This document shows positions 1 through 14,428 of a stretch of DNA of 64,000 nucleotides, piece after piece (position 1 is the stretch's first letter; each line of letters begins with the position of its first letter). The notes below the pieces were generated by a model that ran no database searches, had not been told where the DNA came from, and saw only the letters and a list, made by a program, of their open reading frames with translations. A program made the translations under genes and the position numbers. The stretch comes from Octopus vulgaris (lineage: Eukaryota), in NCBI GenBank assembly GCA_951406725.2, contig OX597816.1, positions 55,366,001-55,430,000 on the forward strand, read 5' to 3'.

Positions 1-195
1 CAAGCGTTCCAAAAAACATGTGTTATCCAGGATACTAGCTAAAGTACTGAAAGAGACTGGAATTGAAATCAGCTCTGTCGACTTACAGAAAAACATTAAC
101 ATCCTGTATTCTGCAAGAATTCGCAGAAAGATTGCGGGAATAGCAGGCTTGTTACCTACAGTCTACCGTACCATGCTATTTATTCCCTCAAACAC

Positions 196-2020
196 AAAAT
201 TATAATTTTTTTCGAATAGAATATAAATCATCTGTTTTAAATGGATAATTAAAATCTCTTTGCAAAAAAATGACCAGCAAATACATGTCCTACTAGCAAT
301 TGTTAAATAAGTTCAGTGATGACACCAGGGTGCAAACTGGCCTCGATAAATGTGAAAAAGATATCTTTAACAGAGGAAAAATTATGGAAATATCTATCGT
401 TAATTTCGACCAACAGAATGTGATAAACGAGTTAGAACCAGCCGAGAACTACAAATATCTAGGGATATTAGAAGGTGATGGGATCAAACATTAAATGATG
501 AAGGAAATATCACAAAAGAATGTTGTCGCAGGTTAAGGGCAATACTCAAGACAGCTGAACGCAAGAAACAAGATAGAAGCGATCAATACTTTAGCCAAGC
601 AAGTTGTGACTTACAGTTTCAATATTATTAACTGGTCAATTACTGAAATCAGTAATCTTGAAAGAAAAATATTAAATTTGTTGACAATGCATAGAATGCA
701 CCATCCTAAGGCAGATAAAGAACAACTTTACCTGCCAAGAAGAGAGGGTGGCCGTGGACTTTTACAGCTGGCATTAACAATGAAGATTTCCGCAATTGGC
801 CTAAACACCTAGCTGAAAAACTCTGACGACTGGATGTTAAAACTTATCCCAAAGCATGAAAACAAGGACACCTCATACTCAGTAACAAAACAAGCCAAAG
901 ATATATATAAGTGAATTTCAAATACAACAAATTCCAGAATTAGACGCACTAGAAACAAGCACAGCAGAAGCTAAGCGTACGAAAACCCGTGCTAAAACTG
1001 CTGCCTTAGATATTCTTACTGATAAATGGCAAGAAAAACCTCTCAATGGCAAATACCCGAAGAGAGCTAATAGTGCCGATGTTGACAAAACCCTTACCTA
1101 TCAAGTGTCATCTGTCTTAAAATCAGAAAAAAGGGTTTCACATAGCCAAATGTCAATGCGTACCTATAAGAAACTGCCAGACCAGCATCTTAAAGAACAG
1201 CAGTAGTCCAATATGTCATGCATGTCAACAACAAAACGAAACCATCGACAATATTCCCTCCATGTACAACATTCATGCACCTACAAAATATTTCAACTGG
1301 CACGATAGTGCAGCACCATATATTCACTGGGTGATTTGCAAAGACTTGGACTAGCCCCATGATAAAAACTGTCGGGAGCACAAACCCCATCCAATACTTG
1401 AAAATGATCTCTTCTCACGCTTTTAGAACTTTACTGTTCAAACTGACATAAAGATATATGCGAATACCTCATTGATTTGATGTGTGTATCGAGGCCTACC
1501 AAGAACTGAGCAAGTAAAATGTTCGTGAAACAGAAATTGGAAAAATGTGGGACTTCAAGACTTAATACCTGTTACTATAAGTGCCCTAGGAATGATAACA
1601 TGAAGGGCTGATGGCTACCTGTCGCAGTTACCAAGAAATCCACAAATGGAAAAGTTCAAAACATAGCACTCGTAGGAACCGCTCATACCCTACGTACAAT
1701 ATTGTTTATGTAACCCCACAAAACATTTTAATCTGTAAAAAATATCAAATTCCTTTTAAAAGTACATACTAGCAAACACCTTTTACTGATGTCTTAACCA
1801 TCACATCATCTTCTTATAATCAAAGTTCTAAATTAAACTTCTAGTATTCTTGTTTTGAGAGATAATTTCTAGAACAATACTATGTGCAAAACCCAAAATA
1901 TGACACCCTAGTCATAACACGAATTAACTTCTAACTTGTTGTCTCGGGAGGCCTCGGTGTGAGACTTAGAGTCAACTCGTAACACTACTCGAAAAATGCA
2001 GAAATAAACTCATACAGTAA
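196..2020 (+). mobile_element. Degenerate 5'-truncated R4/Dong-type non-LTR retrotransposon (RT 3' half, Zn knuckle, REL endonuclease, 3' UTR)
   Basis: ORF fragments 300-494 (GLDKC..YKYLG) and 606-812 (MHRMHHPKAD..LYLPRREGGRGL) are colinear with the element at 35301-38670; many stops and frameshifts. Confidence 0.9.
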
Positions 2021-2170
2021 ATACCTTACAAAACTAACAAAGCCCACATCATGTGCCATAGAAGGTCGATACCAGACAGAAGAACACAACCTGCGCTACG
2101 CAAAGAAAACACAATGCATAACTTAATACAAGAGAAGACCCAAACCAAATCCCATAAAAAAAAACATACT

Positions 2171-2403
2171 TATTTCTTTATTACCCACAAGGGGCTAAAC
2201 ACAGAGGGGACAAACAAGGACAGACATAGGTATTAAGTCGATTTCATCGACCCCAGTGCATAACTGGTACTTAATTTATCGACCCCGAAAGGATGAAAGG
2301 CAAAGTCGACCTCGGCGGAATTTGAACTAACAACGTAACATAGACGAAATATCGCTAAGCATTTCGCCCGGCGTGCTTAACGTTTCTGCCAGCTCGCCGC
2401 CTT
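2171..2403 (-). mobile_element. tRNA-derived SINE, family D (head aggcggcgagctggcagaa)
   Basis: Near-identical copies at 30547 and 31265; agttcaaattcc B-box; target-site duplication (TSD) aaaacatact at 2161-2170 and ~2410-2419. Confidence 0.9.
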
Positions 2404-2539
2404 AATAACAAAACATACTGATAGAATACAACCCCATCACACACACACACACACACACACACAAAAAAAAACGCAGCAAGCACCACCCAACCAGCACCAT
2501 GGCTCAACAATTGATGCAATAGGAAGTTGCTTGAAACTT

Positions 2540-4400
2540 TCAGATGTCGAAAATAATAGTGCTGATGACGATGGTGATCTCGGTATATGAGAGACAGGAG
2601 TTTCCGAAGAAACTCTGGTTTTAACAGTGAATATGAAGGTGAACCTTGAAAGGAAGGCCTCTCTCTCGGCAGTGGTTCGGTAAAGATGAAGACTGACCAC
2701 AACTGTTATCCTAATACAGCATCAGTAGATGATAGAGTAAGGATGACGTAGTGGAGCAGCGAGGAAAACAGGATAGTGATGCAGTGCTACTTAGAAAGTG
2801 AACCTAAAAGAAAGGGCTTTAGAAAACGGATGTTAAGGAAGGGACAGTTACTTAAGTGATTTGAGTGAGGAAGATCAGAACATTTTAGATAAGTTGCAGG
2901 AAGTAAAAATGTAAGAAAAAGATTGAAAGCATTAAAAGGTACCAACAGAAGGAATCTGCTAGAAATGACTAGGAAAGTAGATTCTGGTATCAGTAGGATA
3001 GATACTAAAATATAGGAGACACTAAACTATTGATTTATGCAGGAAGGGCAGTAGTAACTAGAAGATTAGGTATCTCACAAGGAAAGTTTAAAAATAAGCA
3101 AATAGGGAAAAGGAGAATAGAAAATAAAAAATGAGAACTTTAAGACGAGATGTGAATAGAAGCCTGGAAACTGAACAAGTTAGAAAACACAAGATGGAAA
3201 TATTTCCTTGAGAAAAATAAGAGGGCTTGGGACAGCAATAGAAGATTTGAAACAGAATATCATAGCAGTTGACCCCTTGAATATTTGTCTTAAGTTTGAT
3301 ACCCCTCAGTTTGATATTAAGAAAGGCAAATACAGGGTATCAGTTGAGAAATGGTAAGGGAAAATTTAGACATTTGCTCTGCATGGATGATCTGAAGCTT
3401 TTTAGTAAGAATGAAAAAGAGATAGATTCCTTAACACAGAGTGTATGACTCTTCGGCAAATATACAGGCATGGAATTTTGCATTGGTGAGTGTGCAATAT
3501 GAGTCACGAGAAGGGGACAGATAGTGAAAAGCGAGGACATCCAATTATCAGATGGCCAGACATTAAAATCATTGAAAGGAGAGAGTTTTGAAACAAGATG
3601 TGAGTAGAATACAAGCCTGAAAATTGGACAAGTATTTAGGAACATTAAAATCTGACAGAGTAATAACTATAGAAATGGAAACGAAAATTGAGGAGTACAT
3701 CAGAAGGGTGAGGACGCTAGTGAAGTCAAAACTAAATGATCCGAATCTAGTGAAGGCTGTAAATACTTGGGCAGTATCATTACTTAGATACTCGGCAAGT
3801 TTTATAGATTGGACAAAAACTGATTTTAGTTAGACGGAAGAAAGCTAGACAGAAGGACTAGGAAAAAGTTTAATATAAATGGAGGACTCCACCCAAGGAT
3901 AGGAGTAGCAAGGTTATACTTACCTAGAAAGGAAGGTGGATGAGTTAATATCAATAGAAAACTGCCTGGAGGTAGCTAGAGTATATATAGAGTAGGTAAT
4001 AGTGAAAAAGTTTACTGAAACCTGCTAGAATTACAGCAAGACATAAGGAAACCAAAAACGCAAACGAGGTTAAAAACCAGAAAAAAAAGAAAAAGAAATT
4101 ATCTGACTGGCAGGAGAAGGTGCTGCATGGCAGATTCCTAAAGATAGTTTCAGCAAAATGTAGCTATGAGATATGGCTATTGCTGCAGATAGAAATGTAA
4201 AGAGGGAGACAGAAAGTTTGTTAGTAGTGCGGGTAAAATGTATCCCAGTAGTTATCGGTGTTATAGGATCCATCCTTAAAGATTTTACCACGTGGATAGA
4301 AGAAATAGTCATAAAACCTAGTTTAGTACAGCTCCAGGAAACAGTGTTATTAGGGACAGCTAGGATACTTAAGAGGGATGTTGGCATCTAAGGTTACTTG
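2540..4400 (+). mobile_element. Degenerate R4/Dong-like non-LTR retrotransposon (second family)
   Basis: HLLCMDDLKLF RT remnant near 3370; ORF 3624-3833 (KSKLN..NLVKAVNTWAVSLLRYS); C-terminus IPVVIGVIG..QLQETVLLGTARILKR. Confidence 0.8.
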
Positions 4401-4519
4401 ATATCGCCCTATGTTGGGATTTCTTCATTTCCAACAATCTAATCTGTTGTGTATATATTTATTTGTTGGTATCCTTTTGTCTCGGGAGACTGGAGTTACG
4501 CATAAAATAATCCAGTCTG

Positions 4520-4900
4520 GCTTTTACATTTCATGTCATTTACATCTCCTGCTGTGGCTGTGTGGTCCTATCCTGGACAAACACTCCCTCTGGTCGGTGA
4601 CGCAGATGTAGCGAAGACATTGCCTGGCTGGTTGTAAAGTCATAGTTTCTTGTCTTTTCTTGTCTTTCCATTTCTCCTCTCTCTCCCTGTCACTCCTTTG
4701 TGTTCCCTCTTCTATGGTGAGACGCCAGTCTCCACGGTTGCTTTGCAACCGCTTCCCAGTTGCTAATATTGTGTATATACGAAAATAATAATAGTATACT
4801 TCTGTATACTCTTTTCAAGTCCATTTGATCCTCTAATGTTTTTTTTTTCTGCGGTGGGTGAGGTCGTGAACTTCGAGTGCTCAAGTTGGGGTTGTTCCCG
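4520..4900 (-). mobile_element. RTE-clade LINE 3' relic
   Basis: Translation NWEAVA../RGDWRLTIEEG..YICVTDQRECLSRIGPHSHSRRC resembles the RTE C-terminal zinc finger (CxxCxRxCxSRIGLxSHxRxC). Confidence 0.65.
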
Positions 4901-5677
4901 TTCAAGTGACCATCTAATTTGTGCCAATGGATAACTTTTCAACCTTAGGCTGGCTCACTCCTCGTGTTTACAGATTAACCATAGTATAAGGGATTTGGTG
5001 AACTGTTGTAGTTTTCCTGTTTGTTACTTAAGACATATTTATGCTACATTAAATTATTAGTATTGAACCCCGCGTGGCAGATGTGGAGATGGTTGGTGTC
5101 TGTCATCATTATCAGCTCTGCCATTAATACTCTTATTGTTCGTCATTAGTTACCACCACCAGTATCTTGATCTATATCATTGTAGCTAACATTTGTAGCC
5201 ACGGCGACAATATTACCGTTATTTAGTTAAGCCTGCCAACTTTGCTACTACTAGTGTGTGGTATTATTAAATGTTGTTTAGTTTCGACTTTTGTCTTGTA
5301 CTTAACCATAAATATGTAAGAGATATGGGGATAGGAGGAGGAAGAGAAGGAGGTGGTGAATAGACAGGCAAATGTCACAAGTTTGTAAATAGGTTCAGCC
5401 GACGGTGAGAGAAATATCAACAACGGAGCTTCGCATTCCTGAACGCTTCGAAAACAAAAGAAGCATCACATTCTTACGGTCAACAGAGGTCAAATGTGTT
5501 TACTGACACAGCGATCAAAAAGAGCGCAGATCCTGGCCTTGGAAAGAAGCAACTCACATTGTTCTGCTTTAATTACTGACAGAAATATATATATATATAT
5601 ATTTATTACATTATTGTCTGACAGCGCCTCGCGTCAGGTTCGTTTCGATTCTCGGTTCGTTCCACTTCTTGTCTCCA

Positions 5678-5742
<65 letters not shown>

Positions 5743-5825
5743 GGTCCCGGGTTGATTCGGGGTTAACCACAGTAAATAAGGTACTCAATACATAGCAGAG
5801 TAAAATTAATTTATTATATAGAAGG

Positions 5826-5876
5826 AGCTTCTACAGGACTAGAACTGTTTCATTCAAGAGAAATCTTCAGGAAGCT
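5826..5876 (-). ncRNA. Type I hammerhead ribozyme motif
   Basis: agcuuc CUGAAGA uuucucuugaau GAAA cag uucuaguc cug UA gaagcu. Confidence 0.75.
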
Positions 5877-7750
5877 AGTTAACAAGAATTGTATTGGCAT
5901 TTATACATTTAGGCAGGTTTAAAGGGGTGGTGGTGGGGGACTTTTTGGGGGTAGGCATAGCGCAAAATATCATACTTGGGGGAGTGGTCAAGGAGTCAGT
6001 GGTAAATTAGATAAAAGAATAAATAAAAAAAATAAATAAAAAAATAAAAAAATATATATAAAAAAGAATAGAGTTTTAGGTAAATAAGGAGATTCTCACT
6101 TATACCTATACACATATGTATACATATATACACACACATACATACATATATACATACACACATACATACACACACACACATATACATATATATACACATA
6201 CACATACATATACATATCTACACATACACATATATATATACATACACTCACTCACATGCATACACGTATACCCACATGTATATATACACACACGACCACA
6301 CATACATATACACACAGAAAAATATATATACATACACACACATACACATACACGCATACACACACATATGTGTATATATGGACGCGTGTGTGTGTGTGTG
6401 TGTATGGGTACGCATGTACATGTGTATGTGCGTGTATGTGTATATGTGTATGTATGTATGTGTGTGCGTATATTTGTATATGTATGTATGTATATGTATG
6501 TATGTGTATGTATATATATATATGGGTGTGTGTATGTGTTTAAATGTATGTATGTATGGATGTATGGATGTATGTATGTATGTATACGTATGTATGTGTA
6601 TGTGTGTATATGTATGTATGTGTATGTGTGTATATATATATGTGTATATATATATATATGTGTATATATATATATATATGTATATATATGTGTATATATA
6701 TGTATGTATATGTATATATATATATATATGTATGTATTTGTATGTAGGTGTATATGTATGTGTGTGTATATATATTTATTGGTGTATATGTATAGACTAG
6801 CCTTCTAAGAGTGTAGACATGAATCTGTAGGTACGCGTACGTATGTGTATATACGTGAATGTATGTAGATGTATGTATGTATGAATATAACGCGTGCGTG
6901 CGTGTATGTGTATGAGTGTACGAATGAGTGAGTGTACGTGCTAATGAGTGTGCGTGCGTGAATGAGTGCTTGTTTTCAAGTAGACAGATAAATGGACTTG
7001 CTGTCATAGCCAAGATGCTTGGGACCAGCGGTCAAAGATAACAAAAGTAATAAATGAAGATAATAAAATTAAAATTAGGGAATGGGTCTGTATTTGTATG
7101 TATATATATGTGTGTATGTGTAGGTATGTATAGGTACACATATGTATATATATATATATATATATGTATGTATATGTATGTGTATGTATATATATGTGTG
7201 TATGTGTATATATGTGTATATAGGGACTAGTGTGCTGTGTGTGCATGTGTGTATGTGGATATGTGTGTGTATGCGTGTATGTGTATGTGTGTGTATGTAT
7301 ATATATTTTTCTGTGTGTATATGTATGTGTGGTCGTGTGTGTATATATACATGTGGGTATACGTGTATGCATGTGAGTGAGTGTATGTATATATATATGT
7401 GTATGTGTAGATATGTATATGTATGTGTATGTGTATATATATGTATATGTGTGTGTGTGTATGTATGTGTGTATGTATATATGTATGTATGTGTGTGTAT
7501 ATATGTATACATATGTGTATAGGTATAAGTGAGAATCTCCTTATTTACTTAAAACTCTATTCTTTTTTATATATATTTTTTTATTTTTTTATTTATTTTT
7601 TTATTTATTCTTTTATCTAATTTACCACTGACTCCTTGACCACTCCCCCAAGTATGATATTTTGCGCTATGCCTACCCCCAAAAAGTCCCCCACCACCAC
7701 CCCTTTAAACCTGCCTAAATGTATAAATGCCAATACAATTCTTGTTAACT

Positions 7751-7801
7751 AGCTTCCTGAAGATTTCTCTTGACTGAAACAGTTCTAGTCCTGTAGAAGC
7801 T
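7751..7801 (+). ncRNA. Type I hammerhead ribozyme motif (inverted copy)
   Basis: agcttc CTGAAGA tttctcttgact GAAA cag ttctagtc ctg TA gaagct. Confidence 0.72.
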
Positions 7802-7819
7802 CCTTCTATATAATAAATT

Positions 7820-7851
<32 letters not shown>

Positions 7852-7971
7852 GCTGGTATTTACACCGTTGAATTTTTCTTTTCATAGATCTTGCTGTGCT
7901 TTAAAGCTCTCGTAATTGTGCAGTTTGTATGTATTCGCAGTTGCTTATTTTCTTCATTAGATCTCTACTTA

Positions 7972-9078
7972 GGTGACACTCTTATGGAAAGTTAATGACA
8001 AGAGAGGGATTTTTCAAGAAGACTTGTTATCCCCTTTAATATTTGTCTTATGTTTGAAAGTCAGGGTATCAGTTCAGAAATAGTAAAGGAAAAATTAACT
8101 ATATCAACATAGATGATTTGAAGCTTTTTAGTAAGAATAAAAAGATTCTTTAATGGAAACCGTAAGACTCTTCAGCTATGACAGAGGTATGGAATTTGGT
8201 ATAAATGAGTGTGCAAAGTTTATTAAGAACTACTAAAATAACAGTAGGACATAGGAAAACAAAAGGCAAACGAACTTAAATATCAGAAAAAGTACAAAAG
8301 TTATCAGATTGGCAAGTGAAAGCTTTCAATGGTAGATTCTGAAAGATAGTTGCAGGAAATAGTAGTGAGACATGGTTACGGTTTTAGAAAGGAAGGATGA
8401 AAAGGTAGACATAAATTTCGTTGGTACAGTACAAGCTGAAGCATTGAGGACTAATTGGATAAAATACAATATAGACAAAAACCAGGTAGATACCCAATTT
8501 AGTTTATGCAAATCAAAAGCGGAAAGTGTTACTGGCATAAAAAGAATATGAGGAATAAGACATGACAACCTTGGGAGAGTAATCCACTGAGTTATGAAGA
8601 AAGCAAAGAATTCTACATACTGATAAATATTATGAAGATGAACCTAGTAAAGTACTAGAAAGTAAGAAATATAAGGACAGAGTAACAGAAGCTAGAAGGT
8701 TGGATTCAGTAGTAGTAGACAAAGAGAATAGAAAGTGTCAGATAGTTGATTTTACAGATACAAATGATGAGAAAGTCAATATGAGAGGTATAGAAAGAAT
8801 AGTAAGGTATCAGGATGTTGCCATTGCGTTATAGAGACTATGGAAAGGGTGGGTAGAATGTATCCCAGTAGTTATCCGTGTGATAGGATCCATCCTCAAA
8901 GATTTTACCACGTGGATAGAAGAAATAGTCATTAAACCTAGTTTAGTACAGCTCCAGGAAACAGTGTTATTAGGGACAACTAGGATACTTAAGAGGGATG
9001 TTGGCATCTAAAGTTACTTGTAGCCTGATGTTAATATTTTTCTCTTTTCTAACAATTGAATTTGTTGTGCGTAACTGA
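7972..9078 (+). mobile_element. Degenerate R4/Dong-like element, same family as 2540-4400, ending at (AAT)n
   Basis: RGIFQEDLLSPL RT remnant near 8003; 8858-9020 nearly identical to 4238-4400. Confidence 0.8.
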
Positions 9079-9490
<412 letters not shown>

Positions 9491-10517
9491 AATAATAACA
9501 ATAATAACGAAAAGAAGAAAATGAAGAATTGAAGTGGGCCAAAATTTGTTTGTTGTGTGCATGCATGAATAAAATTTTCTCAAATAGCATTAATATTCCC
9601 ATCGATGACATCAGTTTTAACACGAACAATGGTAATTCTAAGAATAAAATATTCTTAATGTAAAGTCTAACATTTTGCTTCTTTTTACAACAGCAACAAC
9701 ATCTCCAAAGTGGCAGTAGTAGTTTTATTGTCAAAAACAGCAAAATTAACAGCTGTAGGAGAAAGGTCAAACACAGTGGAAGTTAACGTTTGCACGAGAG
9801 TAATGTACATGCATAATTTTGCATCTTAATTTTGCAACCGACCAATCAAAGATGGAGTGAATATAGAGTGCAAGAAATGTTATTTCCCAAGAGAATTATG
9901 TTAAACAATGGAAAACAAACATTTAGGTTCCCATTCTATATGGTAGTCGTAAATGAAAATTTTCAAATTAGAGTTTGAAAAACGTTTGTTTTTATAAAGT
10001 AGGTCGGTAATATCATACCAAGAGGAGAATTACCGTTTTATTAGTAGCGTTGACTTACAATTCCAAAAGCACGGGACAATTAAAAACATTTCAACAACAT
10101 CGTGTCAGAAGAGCGAATGATTGAAAATAGCCATAAGATAAAATGATGACCAGAGTACCAGAAAGAGTAGCAGATGTATTAGGTACTAAACCAGTTCTGG
10201 TATCTTGATTGTTAGTGGGAACGGATCTGAGGAATAATTTTAATAGAACTGTTGAAATGATAGAAGTGCCAAAATAACATAAGGCTATACAAGATACTCT
10301 TTCAATGACAAATAATTTTAGATAAATCTGCAACTCTGGATATTTGGTCGGTGAATAGGAGATACATTAGCATTATTACGCTTGTTGAAACTGTTCATTT
10401 TCAACAATACCAACATAGGAGTGGTAAACAATTGTTACATATAAATATTGAAACAAGAACACAATTTAAACCTAACATAATTATAAAAGTAAGAGACTCT
10501 TAAAAAAAATGTTTTTA

Positions 10518-10942
10518 ATTGTTTCAGTCATTTGACTGTGGCTATGCTGGAGCACATCCTTTAGTCGAGCAAATCGACCCCAGGACTTTGTAAGCCTTGT
10601 ACTTATTCTATCGGTCTCTTTTGCCGAACCGCTAAGTGACGGACACATAAACACACCAGCATCGGTTGTCGAGCAATGCTAGGGTGACAAACACTGACAC
10701 ACAAACATAGACACACACACACATATATATACATATATATGACAGGCATCTTTCAGTTTCCGTCTACCAAATCCACTCACAAGGCTTTGGTTGGCCCGAG
10801 GCTATAGTAGAAGACACTTGCCCAGGATGCCACGCAGTGGGACTGAACCCAGAACCATGTGGTTGGTAAGCAAGCTACTTACCACACAGCCACTCTTACG
10901 CCTATAGCCACTCCTACGCCTATAGCCACTCCTACTCCTATA
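10518..10942 (-). mobile_element. tRNA-derived SINE, family C (head ggagtggctgtgtggtaag; internal microsatellite)
   Basis: Homologous to 21111-21554 and 57888-58306; gggttcagtcc B-box. Confidence 0.9.
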
Positions 10943-11651
10943 AAAGACTGTTAACCTTTAGTAGTGTTTGATCTGTTAACCAAATAAGAAATCCAATGAA
11001 GCTCACAGTACGAGGTAATGAATGAAGAAGAGAATAGCTAAATTATTGAGATGCTCCAATCAAACCCAAAAGAGAAGCAGGTGCTTTGGTTCAAAATGAC
11101 ATAAAAGGAGAAAAAAAGCGGAAAAGTTTTAAAGAGAATATAGTCTCTGTTTTACTGAGAGGAAATAAGAGAGAAACATGCCCGTAGTTGTCTCCTATAC
11201 TCGCGGAAAACTTTATATAATCTCAGTGATTACACGGATATTATCATTAAAAGATTAACAGCATCTCTGATTAGATTAGAAAGGCTCTTGCTAATGAATA
11301 ACCACTAGTTTGGTGGGGACAGAATACATGTAACAAGTGCGTGGTGAAATTTGAGCCATATGATATTAGCAAGTGGGGCATAAACATCAGTAAATACTAA
11401 CAGAGTCTGTGCAAACTGCAATGGTGCATTTGCCCATGGGTCTGCGAGGGATTGGCTGGTCTTTAATGCTTTTTAGCGACCAATGCTTTGATGTTGAGCC
11501 TATCCTTAGTGAAACAAAAAGACAGAAAGGTTTTTCTGGGAATAGACACAACAGCGGTTTGTTGTAGATTTACAGTGTATGCAGTTTTTACACGAGGATC
11601 AGCTTACTCGGCAATGTATGTAGGGTTCCGTTTTGGGTTGGATTTGATTGG

Positions 11652-11688
<37 letters not shown>

Positions 11689-11731
11689 ATATATATATAT
11701 ATATATCAATTCCGCAAGACCTTTCTTGACA

Positions 11732-11813
<82 letters not shown>

Positions 11814-13065
11814 AGGTTGTCAAGAAAGTTCGTGCGGAATTTATAATTTTGATTTTAAATGATGTATTTTGAAATTAATTTTCGTTAAATTACCTTGACT
11901 TTATATATCATTTTAAAGCCTGTTTTCCGCTCTATCCAATCGTGTTACTCTTTCTCTGAGTAATTCGGTCATTTTTCCGGAACGTTGAATACCACATGGA
12001 CAAAAAGCAGATTCGCACCATTTTCTTACTCCAGTTCAAGCTAGGCAGAAAAGCTGCTGAAACAGCTCGCGATATCAACAATGCGTTTGGCCCAGAAACC
12101 ACTAATGAACTTACAGCACAACGGTTGTTCAAGAAATTTCGTAGCGATGACGAGATTCTGTAGTGCTGGATGTTGACGACGATCAACTAAGTGCCTTAGT
12201 AGAAGCCAATCCACGCAAAACTGTTCGAGAGCTTGCTTCTGAATTACACGTAACGTATACGACAATTTCCAACCACTTGAAAGAGATTGGGAAAAGAAAA
12301 ATACTTGAGAAATGAGTGCCGCACAAATTGAACGACAGCAACAAAAAAAAAAAACCCAAAAAACCCGCCGTTTTGAAGTGTCGTCTTCCCTTCTTTACGC
12401 AACAAGAACGACCCGTTTCTCGACCGGATTGCGACTTGCGATGAAAAGTGAATTATTTACGACAACCAGCGACACTCAGTTCAGTGGTTGGACACCGACG
12501 AAGCTCCACGACACTTTCCGAAGACAAAGTTGCTCCAAAAGATGGTCATGGTGGCTGTTTGGTGGTCTGCGGCCGGTCGCATCTATCACAGCGTTTTGGA
12601 TCCAGGCGAACCCATTACGGTGGAGAAATATGGATGAAATGCATAAGAAACTCCGACAACATCCAGCATTGGTCAATAGAAAAGAACCAATTCTTCTCCA
12701 CGACAACGCTCGGCTGCATGTCGTACAACTGACCCTGCAAAAGTTGAACGAATTGGGCTACGAAACTCTACCTCGTCCGTAATAATTCCTAGACCTCTCG
12801 CCTACCGACTACCACCTTTTCAAGCATTTCAACAACTTCCTGCATGAGAAATGCTTCAAAACACAAGACGATGCCAAACACACCTTCAACGATATCATCG
12901 CCACCAGAACGCAGGGTTTTTACGTTACTGGCATAAATAAACTTCTTTTGCATTGGCAAATGTGTGTTGATTCTGATGGTGTTTATTTCGATTAATAAAG
13001 TTTTGTTAGAGGCGAGATATGTGCATCTGAATTTAAAGGTTAAAAACCGCAATAACTTTCTTGAC

Positions 13066-13068
<3 letters not shown>
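11814..13068 (+). mobile_element. Mariner DNA transposon, near full length, defective transposase
   Basis: TIRs aggttgtcaagaaagtt.. / ..aactttcttgacaac; flanked by (TA)n. Confidence 0.92.
11996..12995 (+). pseudogene. Mariner (D,D34D) transposase pseudogene
   Basis: MDKKQIRTIFLLQFKLGRKAAETARDINNAFG, IATCDEK, LLHDNAR, DLSPTDYHLF; stops and frameshifts. Confidence 0.9.
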
Positions 13069-13125
<57 letters not shown>

Positions 13126-13447
13126 TCTTTTTACCTGATGTCTTAGTAGCCTCTAAGGTGAAGTGAAAACAGCATGGACTTAATCTTCTTACCCTCTTAA
13201 TGGATTTAATTAAAATTATACAACTGTGTCCGACTCTATAGATTAATTCTATTTATTTATGCAGCTGAGGATAACCCTGCATTTATAGTGATGTAATGGT
13301 TGCATTGTTCAATTAAATGTAATCGCTTGAAACGGTCGTACTGCATTACCTCTGGATATCCTGTTGCTTATTTGGTTATATATATATGAGAGATAGATAG
13401 ATATGCCATAACAAAGTAATGAGATAAATGACAACACCATTCTGAGT

Positions 13448-13632
13448 CGCCATGATTGACCGCTAAAACCACAAGTTTTTTATTCTCTGTTTATTTCATC
13501 GTGTTACTTTCTGTTGAAGAGCGTAGGCTCGAAACGTATAAGATTTCTTACCTTCTCGAGCGTCAAACTAATACTCCTTCTTGTAGTTTATTCACCCGTC
13601 TTCGCCTTTTGTTTTTCTGTAAATTTCAACAA
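13448..13632 (+). mobile_element. Short PLE-type solo terminal repeat with a variant minimal HHR at 13506-13543
   Basis: Homologous to 26512-26720; cttt CTGTTGA a gagc gtag gctc GAAA cg TA taag. Confidence 0.5.
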
Positions 13633-14428
13633 TATATGTAGGTGAAAACTAAACTGATTGCCGAAGCATCAACAATGATACAACTTTCCCTGATTTTATT
13701 TCAATTATTTTCAGTAGTCGACTCAATGTCTGAAATGTATTCGGTATGTTATTATGATCATTGAAATTGGCCTTAGATTCTGAGTACGGATGTAATCATA
13801 TCGGCATTCCGTTTCTATTCGCTGGTTTTTCCACTATCAAGCACCGGAAAATTATACTGCAGATTCTTATCACTAATTTGAATTGTAATAAATGGGAAAT
13901 AAAGTGAAATGAGATATGGAAGACACAAAGATATTAAATCTTAATTTCAATATATTTAAACTTTTGATTTACAATATTCAAAAATAAATGCTCACTACCT
14001 CGATAAAAATGAGAAATATCTCATAAAACTATAAATATAATTTCAAAATGGTTGAAAGCAGTAACAAAATATATGAATTCTAGTTTACGTTTAGTAGAAA
14101 AAAATTATCATTGTGGCTTCTGTGTTAATTAACAATAACAAAGTTTGAAACGGTGGAATTGGTCGACTTTCATGTTTTATACGCAAACGAAAAGTAAACA
14201 GTAAGAAAAACAAAAATATAGTTGGATATATAATTTTAACATTTTGGACCAATAAAGCATTCGAGTCCCAGCCAGACGTGGAGTTCAGGAATATGTTAAT
14301 GTAAACAAATTTACTAATATTTTACGTAATTATATATATATTCATTATAACATCAGGTCATATATTATCTACAAATTTTTTACAATTTCTTAAAATTAAA
14401 TATATTCGCATAACAATGTATATGTGAA

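Larger units (their letters stand above)
5741..7821 (-). mobile_element. Non-coding PLE-type element with ~564-bp inverted arms (5806-6369 / 7259-7821), in (TA)n
   Basis: Arms are near-exact reverse complements, including irregular microsatellite; HHR in each arm; (TA)n on both flanks. Confidence 0.75.

Noticed and set aside
5996-7620. Long ORFs rich in YI/HT/CV (also 25405, 28542, 44311, 48379, 53142-54318, 62451)
   Set aside because: Translations of simple repeats; no coding signal
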